Part shown: in pieces, positions 28,083 through 37,623 of the stretch
How the letters are laid out: every line of letters starts with the position of its first letter
Position numbering within the stretch: the first letter of the stretch is position 1
NCBI GenBank assembly: GCA_047975325.1
Contig: JBKEDF010000075.1
Span: 14,782-78,781, forward strand
DNA: 64,000 bases
Reading direction: 5' to 3'
Origin: Pseudorhodobacter sp.
Lineage (GTDB): Bacteria > Pseudomonadota > Alphaproteobacteria > Rhodobacterales > Rhodobacteraceae
Translations under genes and position numbers: made by a program
The notes under the pieces: model-generated
Told to the model about the DNA's origin: nothing
Database searches by the model: none
The model's input: only the letters and a program-made list of their open reading frames with translations

Positions 28083-28999
28083 AACCATATCAGCCACGGG
28101 AAGACCGCCCGCTTCTGGGGCTGGGCTTCATGTGTATTACGCTTGCACTTTTCACCTCGGTCGATACCTCGGCCAAATGGTTGATCCTGTCTGGGCTTCC
28201 GGTGATGCAGGTGGTGTTTGTCCGCTATGCGGGGCATTTCCTGACCTCGGCCCTCACCTTCCTGCCACGCGAAGGGATGGAAGCCTTCCGTTCCGAACGG
28301 CCGGGCCTGCAATTGCTCCGTGCCATTGCGCTGCTGATGGGGACGACCTTCAACTTCATCGCCCTGCAATATCTGCCGATCACCGTCACGACCGCGATCT
28401 ATTTTGCCTCCCCCATCGTGATTACCATTCTTTCCGTCGTGTTTCTGGGCGAACGGATCGGAACGAAACGGGCCATGGCAATTCTGGTGGGGTTTGTCGG
28501 CGTGCTGATCGTCGTGGCCCCCTGGGGCGCGGGGTTTCATCCCGCGATGTTGCTGTCGCTCTGTTCCCTGCTTTCGGCATCCACCTTTTTCGTGCTGACG
28601 CGCCAGCTTGCCGGGGTGGATCCCAATTCAACAAGCCAGCTTTGGGCCTCGGGCACCGCAACGCTGGTCTTTCTGCCTCTTGGCCTTTCCGTCTGGGTCT
28701 GGCCCGAAACGGTGACAGGTTGGCTGGTCCTTGTCTTCATCGGAATTTTTGCCGCTGTCGGCCATGCCATCGCGGTTACGGCACATCGCTTTGCCAATGC
28801 CTCCACCCTGGCACCGATGACTTATATCCAGTCCATCTATGCCGCAGTTGCGGGTTACGTCATCTTCAACAACCTGCCGGGCTGGACCACGGCCATCGGC
28901 ACGGGGATCATCATCGCCTCGGGTGTCTATATCTGGTGGCGCGAACGGGAACTGATGCTCCGCCGTCGACGGGTGGAGATGGCCTCCCTCACCCGCTGA
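28079..28999 (+). CDS. DMT-superfamily (EamA-like) transporter
   Basis: About ten predicted TM helices in two EamA-type halves. ATGA overlap with the upstream gene. Confidence 0.85.
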   Translation: MKPYQPREDRPLLGLGFMCITLALFTSVDTSAKWLILSGLPVMQVVFVRYAGHFLTSALTFLPREGMEAFRSERPGLQLLRAIALLMGTTFNFIALQYLPITVTTAIYFASPIVITILSVVFLGERIGTKRAMAILVGFVGVLIVVAPWGAGFHPAMLLSLCSLLSASTFFVLTRQLAGVDPNSTSQLWASGTATLVFLPLGLSVWVWPETVTGWLVLVFIGIFAAVGHAIAVTAHRFANASTLAPMTYIQSIYAAVAGYVIFNNLPGWTTAIGTGIIIASGVYIWWRERELMLRRRRVEMASLTR

Positions 29000-29183
29000 G
29001 ATGGCAGGAACGTTACGCGATCCGCCATCCTCCGACCTGATGAAAGATGGTTACTTTTGTCACGTTGACCCCCGATTGACATATCTGACTAAATTGATAA
29101 GTTTTGAACAGCCACGCATCCCCGGGTGCGAAGCCGCCTGAATTCCTGCCCGAAGAGTGGCAAACAGAAGGACCAGCATTCGC

Positions 29184-30455
29184 ATGAAACCCCTCCGGCT
29201 GGCCACGAGCATGGCCGCAATCACCCTTGGGTTCACCCTTTCCGCCCATGCCGAAACAGACCGCACCCAGGTACTTGAAACCTATGCCGATATCGCGGCC
29301 GCTAAATATGCCGACAGCCTTGATGGTGCGCGGAACCTGCAAGGCGCGATTACCGCATTCATCGCCGAACCCACCAAGGAAGCCCTGATTGCCGCACGCG
29401 AGGCCTGGATTGCCGCGCGCGTGCCCTATCAACAATCCGAAGTCTATCGTTTCGGCAATGCCATCGTGGATGACTGGGAAGGCAAGGTAAATGCCTGGCC
29501 GCTGGATGAAGGATTGATCGATTATGTCGATGCCTCCTATGGCGGGCCGACCGATGCAAATGCGCTGGCAGCGCTGAATGTGATCGCCAATCCGACAATC
29601 AACATTGCCGGGCAGGAAATCGATGCCGCCAAGATCACCCCGGCACTGATTGGCGAGACGCTGAATGAGGCCGACGGTATCGAAACCAATGTCGCGCGTG
29701 GCTATCATGCCATCGAATTCCTGCTTTGGGGGCAGGATCTGAACGGCACCGGCCCAGGTGCCGGGGATCGCCCCCATACCGATTACGTTCAAGGTAATGG
29801 CTGCACCGGCGGCAATTGCGACCGGCGCGCGGCGTATCTTTCGGCGGCAACCGACCTGCTGATCGCGGATCTTGAGGAAATGGCCGCAAGCTGGGCCGAA
29901 GGTGGCGCCGCCCGTGCGGAGGTCCTGGCCGATGATGGCACGGGGCTTGTGGCAATGCTGACGGGGATGGGCAGCCTGTCCTATGGTGAACAGGCAGGGG
30001 AACGCATGCGGCTTGGCCTGATGCTCAACGACCCGGAGGAAGAACATGACTGCTTTTCCGACAACACCCATAACAGCCATTACTATGACGGGCTTGGCAT
30101 TCAGAATGTCTATCTTGCACGTTATACCCGCCCCGATGGCACGGTAATCGAAGGCCCATCCCTTTCCGATCTTGTCACTGCGGCAGATCCGGCGCTGGAT
30201 CAGGAAATGAAGGCCAAGCTTGATGTGACAATGGCCGCGCTCGGGGCAATCAAGACAGCAGCCGAGGAAGGTTTCACCTATGACATGATGCTGGAACGCG
30301 GCAATGAAAAGGGCGAGGCCCTGGTCATGGGCGGGGTCGATGCGCTGATCGATCAGACCCGGACGATAGAACGGATCGTCACGGCACTTGACCTTGACCA
30401 GATTGCCTTCGAAGGCTCCGACAGCCTCGATAACCCTTCTGCCGTCTTTCAGTGA
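29184..30455 (+). CDS. imelysin-family protein (iron-regulated protein A / peptidase M75-like)
   Basis: The ATG at 29184 gives the signal peptide MKPLRLATSMAAITLGFTLSAHA. Imelysin-type sequence is present, including HAIEFLLWGQD. First gene of the canonical imelysin/DUF1111/imelysin/DUF1513 arrangement. Confidence 0.8.
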   Translation: MKPLRLATSMAAITLGFTLSAHAETDRTQVLETYADIAAAKYADSLDGARNLQGAITAFIAEPTKEALIAAREAWIAARVPYQQSEVYRFGNAIVDDWEGKVNAWPLDEGLIDYVDASYGGPTDANALAALNVIANPTINIAGQEIDAAKITPALIGETLNEADGIETNVARGYHAIEFLLWGQDLNGTGPGAGDRPHTDYVQGNGCTGGNCDRRAAYLSAATDLLIADLEEMAASWAEGGAARAEVLADDGTGLVAMLTGMGSLSYGEQAGERMRLGLMLNDPEEEHDCFSDNTHNSHYYDGLGIQNVYLARYTRPDGTVIEGPSLSDLVTAADPALDQEMKAKLDVTMAALGAIKTAAEEGFTYDMMLERGNEKGEALVMGGVDALIDQTRTIERIVTALDLDQIAFEGSDSLDNPSAVFQ

Positions 30456-30582
30456 ACCACAATCACGCGGGGCGCGCGCGCTCCGCGTTCCCTGCGGCAA
30501 AAGGGGGCAGGCCAAATGGCTGGTTCTTTTCCCTTCAATGGCTTAGGCCGCAGCCAGAACATCGATACTGGACCTTTGCGTC

Positions 30583-32130
30583 ATGGGCTCCACCTTCGTC
30601 TTTTCGACTTCGCGCCTGATCCTTTCCGGCCTCCTTTCCTGCAGCCTTTTTCCATCAACACTATCGGCCGAAGGGCTGGGCGATCCGCTGCCGAATATCA
30701 TCCCCCGAACCGCGGCCGAGGCCGCACGCATCGCTACCGTCACGGCATTGCCCGAGGATTTCAGCGCCGCCCAGAAATATGAGGAAAACCCCGGCGGGGC
30801 GGCCACCGTCAGGGCGCGGCGCAATGCCGATGCCTTTTCCCAGCCTTCGGGCAACATGGATTTCGCGCGGGAACTGGATTTCAAGGTTGGCAACGGGCTG
30901 TTCCGCCGGATCTGGGTAACAGCACCCGCCTCAACCCAGGCATCTGACGGGCTGGGGCCATTCTATAACGCCCGGGGATGCCAGAATTGCCATATCAAGG
31001 ACGGGCGCGGCCATCCGCCGGAAAACCCCGAAGATACGGCTGTTTCGCTTTTTCTGCGGGTTTCGGTTCCCGATGAAACCCCCGCAGATGCCGCGCAGAT
31101 CGCAGATTACATCGCCACCGTGCCCGATCCGGTTTACGGGGGGCAGTTGCAGGATTTTGCCACCGCCGGCCACGATGCCGAATACCGTCTTGCGGTAAGC
31201 TGGGAAGAAATTCCCGTTACATTGTCGGATGGCGAAATGGCCCATCTGCGCAAACCTGACTGGCGGGCGGAGGATCTGGGCTATGGCCCGCTTGATCCAC
31301 GGGCCATGTTATCCCCCCGCGTCGCGCCGCAGATGATCGGGCTGGGGCTCCTGGAGGCAATACCCGCCAGGGATATCCTGGCATTCGCCGACCCCGGGGA
31401 TGCCGATGGCGACGGAATTTCCGGGCGCCCCAATATCGTGCCATCGGTGGAATTCGGCAAACCGATGCTGGGCCGTTTCGGATTGAAGGCCGGATCGCCG
31501 TCGATCCGCGAACAATCCGCTGCGGCTTTTTCCGGCGATATCGGAATTTCCACGCCGCTTTTCCCCGATCCATGGGGCGAATGTACCAAGGCGCAAACCG
31601 CTTGCCGCAACAGCATCCATGGTGATGATGCCGCACGCGGTGGCCTTGAGGTGGATGCCGAAGGGTTGGATTTGGTGACCTTCTACAGCCGCAATCTGGC
31701 CGTTCCCGCCCGGCGCGATGTGAATGACCTACAGGTCCTGCGTGGCAAACGGATCTTTCATGAGGCGGGCTGCGCAACCTGCCATCGCCCCAGTTTCGTG
31801 ACCCATCGGCTTGAAGATCAGCCGGAGCAAAGCTTTCAGCTGATCTGGCCCTATACCGATCTTCTGCTTCATGACATGGGGGATGGCCTGGCCGATAACC
31901 GGCCGGAAGCCCGCGCAACGGGCCGTGAATGGCGCACGCCGCCCCTTTGGGGGATTGGCATGACCCGGCAGGTCAGCGGATATTCAAGCTTTCTGCATGA
32001 CGGGCGGGCCCGCAGCCTGCTGGAGGCGATCCTGTGGCATGGTGGTGAGGCACAGAATGCACGCGATCATATCGTCACCGTTCCGGCCGAAGACCGCGCC
32101 GCCCTGATCCGTTTTCTGGGGAGCCTCTGA
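30583..32130 (+). CDS. di-haem cytochrome c-type oxidoreductase (DUF1111 'thiol oxidoreductase' family)
   Basis: Two CXXCH haem-binding motifs (CQNCH, CATCH), a signal peptide and the conserved C-terminal part WRTPPLWGIG...FLHDGRA. Confidence 0.85.
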   Translation: MGSTFVFSTSRLILSGLLSCSLFPSTLSAEGLGDPLPNIIPRTAAEAARIATVTALPEDFSAAQKYEENPGGAATVRARRNADAFSQPSGNMDFARELDFKVGNGLFRRIWVTAPASTQASDGLGPFYNARGCQNCHIKDGRGHPPENPEDTAVSLFLRVSVPDETPADAAQIADYIATVPDPVYGGQLQDFATAGHDAEYRLAVSWEEIPVTLSDGEMAHLRKPDWRAEDLGYGPLDPRAMLSPRVAPQMIGLGLLEAIPARDILAFADPGDADGDGISGRPNIVPSVEFGKPMLGRFGLKAGSPSIREQSAAAFSGDIGISTPLFPDPWGECTKAQTACRNSIHGDDAARGGLEVDAEGLDLVTFYSRNLAVPARRDVNDLQVLRGKRIFHEAGCATCHRPSFVTHRLEDQPEQSFQLIWPYTDLLLHDMGDGLADNRPEARATGREWRTPPLWGIGMTRQVSGYSSFLHDGRARSLLEAILWHGGEAQNARDHIVTVPAEDRAALIRFLGSL

Positions 32131-33120
32131 ATGCGCCTCACCCTTTGCCTGTCTGCGCTGCTGATCCTGACCGCCCCCCTGGCGCGGGCTGATGTCGCCA
32201 TGGCACTGCGGAACCATATCCTGCCCGGCTTTTCCGGTTTTGCCGCACAAACCGCGGGCCTTTCGGAAGCGGCGGCGCTTGATTGTCGCCCGGCCGCGTT
32301 GATCCCGGCTTATCATGCGGCTTTCGATGCCTGGATGACGGTGGCGGATCTGCGGATCGGGCCATCCGAAACCGGTGCGCTATCCGTCGCCTTCTGGCCC
32401 GATGATAAGGGGTTCACCGCCCGCACGCTCAGGCGGATGATTGCCGAGGCCGACCCCGTTATCGAGGATACGGAAGGCTTTACCGAGGTTTCAATCGCGG
32501 CACGGGGGCTTTTCGCACTGGAAATGCTGCTCTTTGATCCGGAATTTTCCGGTTACGATCAAAACAGCTATTCCTGCGCGCTTGCCCGGGCCATTGTCAT
32601 TGATCTTGCCGCACAGGCGCAGGCATTGGACCGCGCCTGGGCCGGGGAATTTGCCGACGTCCTGACAAGCGCCGGGGCGGCGGAAAACAGCACCTATCTT
32701 GTCCCCGAGGAAGCCTTCCGGGCGCTTTACACACAGATGATGTTCTCGCTTGAACTCAGTGCCGATCTCAGGCTTGGCCGCCCGATGGGAACGCCGGAAC
32801 GCCCCCGCCCCAGAATGGCGGAGGCCTGGCGATCAGACCGCAGCCTGCGCAATGTGACCCTGGCTGTGGATGCAGTTGAAAACCTGGCATTGATGCTGTC
32901 GGGCGAAGCCCTGCCCGGCACCCGATCGACGGCAAGCGCGGTTCATGAGGCCGCGGACAGGGTGACGGATCCGGGTTTCGGTAATATCGAAGATCCTACG
33001 GCCCGGTTCCACCTGGAAATCCTGCAAGGCGCTATCCGCAAGATGCATGATGCGATCCAGGATGAAATTGGCACGCCAAACGGGATCGTGGCAGGTTTCA
33101 ACGCCCGGGACGGAGACTAG
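32131..33120 (+). CDS. imelysin-family protein (second copy)
   Basis: Signal peptide MRLTLCLSALLILTAPLARA and an imelysin-like helical sequence. The start abuts the upstream stop. Confidence 0.7.
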   Translation: MRLTLCLSALLILTAPLARADVAMALRNHILPGFSGFAAQTAGLSEAAALDCRPAALIPAYHAAFDAWMTVADLRIGPSETGALSVAFWPDDKGFTARTLRRMIAEADPVIEDTEGFTEVSIAARGLFALEMLLFDPEFSGYDQNSYSCALARAIVIDLAAQAQALDRAWAGEFADVLTSAGAAENSTYLVPEEAFRALYTQMMFSLELSADLRLGRPMGTPERPRPRMAEAWRSDRSLRNVTLAVDAVENLALMLSGEALPGTRSTASAVHEAADRVTDPGFGNIEDPTARFHLEILQGAIRKMHDAIQDEIGTPNGIVAGFNARDGD

Positions 33121-33123
33121 GTC

Positions 33124-34200
33124 ATGACCACAAGACGCCGTTTTCTGGCAAGCCTTCTGGCGGCGGGGACAGCCCCGCATCTGGGCTGGGCGGCAGCAGG
33201 CAGCCCCACATATCTTGCGGCGGCCCGGGAACCCGATGGCAGTTTTGCCTTGTTCGGGCTTTCTGAGGCGGGGGAGGAAACCTTCCGCATTCCCCTGCCT
33301 GCACGGGGTCATGCCGGGGCAGGCCACCCCCGGCGGGCCGAGGCCGTGGCCTTCGCGCGCCGCCCCGGTACCTTCGCGCTGGTTTTCGATTGCGCAAGGG
33401 GGGAAATACGCCACCGCCTGACACCCCCCGAGGGACGGCAGTTCAACGGCCATGGTGTCTATCTGCAATCGGGCCGCCTGCTGGCAACCTCGGAACAGAA
33501 ATCGGATGATAGCACGGGCCTCATCGGATTCTGGGATGCCGAACAGGACTATCGCCGGGTTGGCGAGGCCCCCAGCCATGGTATCGGCCCACATGATCTG
33601 CGGTTGATGCCCGATGGGAAAACGCTGGTCATCGCCAATGGCGGCATCGCAACCGACCCCACGGATCGCCGCAAGCTGAATATCGATACGATGCGCCCGA
33701 ATCTTGCCTATCTGTCGACCGAAGGCACATTGCTGGAAATCCGGGAACTGGCCCCGGATCTTGCACAAAACTCCATCCGCCATCTGGCGCTGCGCAGTGA
33801 CGGGCTGGTGGGGTTCGCGATGCAATGGGAAGGGGAACCCGGGGCGGCCACGCCGCTTCTGGGTCTGCACCGGCAGGGGAACGCGCCGATCCTTGCCCCT
33901 GCCCCGCTGGCAGAGGAATTGGCCATGAAAGGCTATGCAGGCAGCATCGCCTTCAACGGGGACGGCACCGAGATTGCCCTGACTTCGCCGCGCGGCGGAC
34001 GGATGCACCGTTTCAGTGCCGAAGGGACATTCCTTGGGGCAATAAAACGATCCGATATCTGCGGGCTCGCCAGCCATCAGGCGGGACTTATCGCAAGCGA
34101 TGGGCTGGGCGGCCTGATTCGCGTTTCACGCGAAACCGCCACCCCACTTGCACGAATGGACCGCGCCTGGGACAATCACATCGTTCATCTGGCGGGATAA
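33124..34200 (+). CDS. DUF1513 protein with Tat signal (beta-propeller-like periplasmic protein)
   Basis: Twin-arginine leader MTTRRRFLASLLAAG. Its position as the fourth gene of the imelysin cluster is typical of DUF1513. Confidence 0.7.
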   Translation: MTTRRRFLASLLAAGTAPHLGWAAAGSPTYLAAAREPDGSFALFGLSEAGEETFRIPLPARGHAGAGHPRRAEAVAFARRPGTFALVFDCARGEIRHRLTPPEGRQFNGHGVYLQSGRLLATSEQKSDDSTGLIGFWDAEQDYRRVGEAPSHGIGPHDLRLMPDGKTLVIANGGIATDPTDRRKLNIDTMRPNLAYLSTEGTLLEIRELAPDLAQNSIRHLALRSDGLVGFAMQWEGEPGAATPLLGLHRQGNAPILAPAPLAEELAMKGYAGSIAFNGDGTEIALTSPRGGRMHRFSAEGTFLGAIKRSDICGLASHQAGLIASDGLGGLIRVSRETATPLARMDRAWDNHIVHLAG

Positions 34201-34306
34201 GACGCTTCATGGTTTTGCCGTAAACCACAATCCGGCACCTACCCTAGACGAACGGATATCCCGAATTCCGAAAATGTGATAGTTTCCCGGATATTGGAGG
34301 ACTATC

Positions 34307-36196
34307 ATGGCTGCCAGAAAATCACCCGGGGACGCTGAACTCCGCAAGACCCTGCGCCGATATATACGTGCGCAAGGGGCCGACTATCTGCGTGATCCGA
34401 ATATCACCTCAATCGGCGTCGGCCGCAAAAACGGCACTGGCGAAATCGGGCTGGTGTTTACTGTCGGGCAGAAGGCGGAACCTTCGGTCATCGAATCCCT
34501 TGGCAGTGAAATGCTTCCACGGCAGATTGAGATCGAAGGCTTCACGGTTGTTACCGATGTCATCGAGCGCAGCTATGAACCTTCCTTCAAACTGCTTGAG
34601 GCCGAGGCCCCCAACCCCCTGAAATCCCGTCTTGACCCGGTCATGCCCGGCGTAAGCGTAAGCCATGTCGACGGAACGGCCGGCACGCTTGGGATGATCG
34701 TTTTCGATACCGAAACAGGCGCGCCATGCATCCTTTCGAACTGGCATGTTCTGCACGGCAATACCGGAAAAATCGGCGACCCCATCGTGCAGCCGGGACC
34801 GCATGACGACAATAACATCGCAGATAACTTCTGTGGCACATTGCTGCGCAGCCATCTGGGGGCGGCCGGGGATTGTGCCCTCGCACGCCTTCAGGGCCGC
34901 GAATTCATCCGGGAAATCTATAACCTGAATGTCGCCCCCACCCGCATGGCCGAGGTGGAACTGGACGATCCCGTCGTCAAGACCGGACGCACCACCGAAA
35001 CGACATATGGGGTGGTGCGGCGAACCGATGTCATGGCCAGGATCCATTACGGAAACCCGACGGGTGAGCATGAAATCGGCGGTTTTGAAATCGGCCCGGA
35101 CCCTGACCGCCCGGCACCCAACAACGAAATCAGCATGGGGGGAGATTCCGGATCCGCCTGGATGATCGCGGAGGGGGACAAGGCGACGGATATTTTCGCA
35201 GGGCTTCATTTTGCAGGCGAAGGACGGGGAAACCCGGATGAACACGCCCTGGCCTGTTATCCCCGTTCGATTCGGAAGAAACTGAATTTCGACCTGACCC
35301 CGCCCGATATCGTGGTAATCGGCGATGACGGACCCGAAGCCTTCGGCGCAAGGGCGGGGTTTGACGGCACTTTTCTGGGCATGGCCGCGCCAATGCCGGA
35401 AATGTCATTGTCGATCAAGCGCGACGCGGTGAATTTCGGCAAGGCCCAGACAATCCCCTATACGCATTTCTCCGTTTGCCTGAGCGCGAAACACAAACTG
35501 GCCCGTTTCGTCGCCTGGACTATCGATGGCACAAGAAAGGTTCAGCTTGGTCGCCATGGCTTTCGCGTAGATCCCAGGATCGATGAAAGCCTGCAGCATG
35601 ACAACATGCTCTATCGTGACAACAAACTTGACCGGGGGCATATCGCACGGCGGGCGGATCTGGCCTGGGGGCCGGTCCCCGAGGCCCGCCAGGCAAACAG
35701 GGATTCCTTCTACTACACCAATATCGCACCCCAGCATGAACGGTATAACCAGTCCCGCCGGGGGGGATTATGGGGCAGGCTGGAAAACCTTGTCCTTGAG
35801 GAAGCCGCCACTCGTGATATCCGGGTTTCCGTGATTGCCGGACCGATCTTCCGACCGGACGATCCGGAATATCGCGGTGCAAAGATCCCCCGTGATTATT
35901 GGAAACTGGTCGCCTATATCGGTGATGACGGGGGGCTGGCAGCCGCCTGTTTCCTGTTGTCGCAAAGCGACCTTCTGAGCGACATAGAGGCCATCGATTT
36001 TGATCCTTTCCGGCTCTATCAGATTTCGGTTGCGGAACTGGGCGAACGAACCGCATTGGGTTTCGAGGCCTATGAAGCGGCGGATATCACCCGGCGTGCC
36101 GAACGGCTTAGCCGGTCAAGCATGGAAAATCTGGGGGGAATATCCATCGCGCAGCCAATCCGGGAAATCGCAACCGCGCAGGATATCGCCATGTGA
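34307..36196 (+). CDS. fusion protein: N-terminal trypsin/chymotrypsin-fold serine protease + C-terminal DNA/RNA non-specific endonuclease (EndoG/NucA, beta-beta-alpha-Me)
   Basis: GGAGG at 34296-34300 precedes the ATG. Protease triad context: SNWH(147)VL, GD(189)CALARL, GGDS(281)GSAW. Nuclease motifs: YTHFSV, DRGH(445)IARR, YYTN(472)IAPQ, NQSRRGGLWGRLEN. No signal peptide or TM helix. Monocistronic and convergent with the downstream gene. Confidence 0.85.
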   Translation: MAARKSPGDAELRKTLRRYIRAQGADYLRDPNITSIGVGRKNGTGEIGLVFTVGQKAEPSVIESLGSEMLPRQIEIEGFTVVTDVIERSYEPSFKLLEAEAPNPLKSRLDPVMPGVSVSHVDGTAGTLGMIVFDTETGAPCILSNWHVLHGNTGKIGDPIVQPGPHDDNNIADNFCGTLLRSHLGAAGDCALARLQGREFIREIYNLNVAPTRMAEVELDDPVVKTGRTTETTYGVVRRTDVMARIHYGNPTGEHEIGGFEIGPDPDRPAPNNEISMGGDSGSAWMIAEGDKATDIFAGLHFAGEGRGNPDEHALACYPRSIRKKLNFDLTPPDIVVIGDDGPEAFGARAGFDGTFLGMAAPMPEMSLSIKRDAVNFGKAQTIPYTHFSVCLSAKHKLARFVAWTIDGTRKVQLGRHGFRVDPRIDESLQHDNMLYRDNKLDRGHIARRADLAWGPVPEARQANRDSFYYTNIAPQHERYNQSRRGGLWGRLENLVLEEAATRDIRVSVIAGPIFRPDDPEYRGAKIPRDYWKLVAYIGDDGGLAAACFLLSQSDLLSDIEAIDFDPFRLYQISVAELGERTALGFEAYEAADITRRAERLSRSSMENLGGISIAQPIREIATAQDIAM

Positions 36197-36250
36197 TGAC
36201 ATCAGGGGCGGGGGCCAGCCGGATGGATCGGGGTGCAGGGCAGGTATGTG

Positions 36251-37618
36251 TCACCCCAGCGATGACAACGTCTTTCCCCAGGGCCGATCCAGGATTTCAG
36301 GCTCCAGTGCCAATAACGCGTGGATCGCGTCCGTGGCCTGCGGATAGGCTTCGGTCACGATGTCCAATGCCTTCCGGGCAATCAATTCGGGCGTGAAGGG
36401 CAGGTCCGATCCGCCGGGTGCGCTCAGGCATTCCCCCTGCAGGATACGCCCGTCGGCCAAGGTGATCTTCACCCTTGCCGGGCGGTCATGCGGAGGGGGC
36501 CGTTCCGGTTCATGTGCGGTAATCGTCACCAGATTGCGCAGGCGCACAAGATCCGGGCGACCAAGCGTTGTGGCATGAAACGCCCCTGCCCCGGCATGCC
36601 CGAAAACCAGCGTTGCCGCCGCGATATGCTGTATTGAAAACTTGGCCGCCAATGTCGTTTCCGGCTGGGCATTATCCAGCTTCCGGCCTTTCCAGTGGGT
36701 CGCCACCTCGATCCCCATCACATCTGCCGGATCAAGCGACTTGCCGGTGGCGGTCAGAACCGCCTCCACCGTTGAATGCGCATATTGGCAGCAGGCATGC
36801 ATCTTGTGATAGGCATCATTCATTGCCCAGCTTGCCCCCAGCCCTTCGCATAGCGCAGGCGCATCGGTGGTCGCACCGAAAATGCGGGCGAAAACATCCG
36901 TCAGGCCCTGCGGACCGCCGGTAATCCCCAAAGGTGCCCAATCAGCAGCGCGTATCCCGTTTTGCGCGCAAATTCCCGGCCATACATTACGGATCAGTGC
37001 CCCCTCGATCGCATGGCCGAAAGGCCCCGGCAGCACCAATGTCGCTGCCGTGCAGATCGTCGCGGTCGTCTGATCCGCAGGCAGCTTGCGTAGCTTTGCA
37101 ATTGCCGCCGCGGCGCCCACCGTGGCCAGACCCCCATGCGGATGAAGCACCAGCCCCGGAAAGCTGAATGCCATGGCAACCCGCGCAACCGTCTCATAGC
37201 CGGTGATCAGCGCCAGCAACATATCCCGCAGCGTGGCCTCCGACGCCTCACCTTCGGCAAGGAGCGCGGGGATGCAGTAAAGCGCGGCATGACAGACCGC
37301 CTTGCGATACCCGCCATCCAGTTCACACCAATCTGCGGCGGCCCCATTGGAAAGGGCGGCGGAATACCGATCCTGCCGCGTACCGGAACCGTCAAGTACC
37401 GTCGCCTCACCGCGCCCCGCCGCCTGCGCAAGGCCGGCACGCAGCGCGATCAGTTCAGGCTCATCCCGCGCCGCAAGAAGGGCCGCAAAATCATCGACGA
37501 GGATCAATGCCGCATGTTCCCGTACGGATTCGGGAACATCCCCCCATGTCAGGCCCGCAGACCATTGCGCCAGTTTGCCAAGTGCCTGTTCAACTTCGAT
37601 ATCTGGTATGTCGTTCAT
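36251..37618 (-). CDS. MmgE/PrpD-family protein (2-methylcitrate dehydratase-like; true substrate unknown)
   Basis: 455 aa with typical family sequence along its length. Last gene of the minus-strand TRAP operon. Confidence 0.85.
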   Translation of the reverse strand: MNDIPDIEVEQALGKLAQWSAGLTWGDVPESVREHAALILVDDFAALLAARDEPELIALRAGLAQAAGRGEATVLDGSGTRQDRYSAALSNGAAADWCELDGGYRKAVCHAALYCIPALLAEGEASEATLRDMLLALITGYETVARVAMAFSFPGLVLHPHGGLATVGAAAAIAKLRKLPADQTTATICTAATLVLPGPFGHAIEGALIRNVWPGICAQNGIRAADWAPLGITGGPQGLTDVFARIFGATTDAPALCEGLGASWAMNDAYHKMHACCQYAHSTVEAVLTATGKSLDPADVMGIEVATHWKGRKLDNAQPETTLAAKFSIQHIAAATLVFGHAGAGAFHATTLGRPDLVRLRNLVTITAHEPERPPPHDRPARVKITLADGRILQGECLSAPGGSDLPFTPELIARKALDIVTEAYPQATDAIHALLALEPEILDRPWGKTLSSLG

Positions 37619-37623
37619 TGCGC

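Noticed and set aside
26559-28097. 512-aa ORF on the minus strand
   Set aside because: It lies antisense to two well-supported dehydrogenase genes, carries no recognisable motifs and is Gly/Arg/His-rich.
29013-30515. 500-aa ORF on the minus strand
   Set aside because: It lies antisense to the imelysin gene and shows the same artefactual composition. The same reasoning applies to 5642-6739(-), 32833-34077(-), 19177-20262(+), 41035-42159(+), 50531-51616(+), 56298-57476(-), 58632-59720(+), 11562-12545(-) and the many shorter shadow ORFs.
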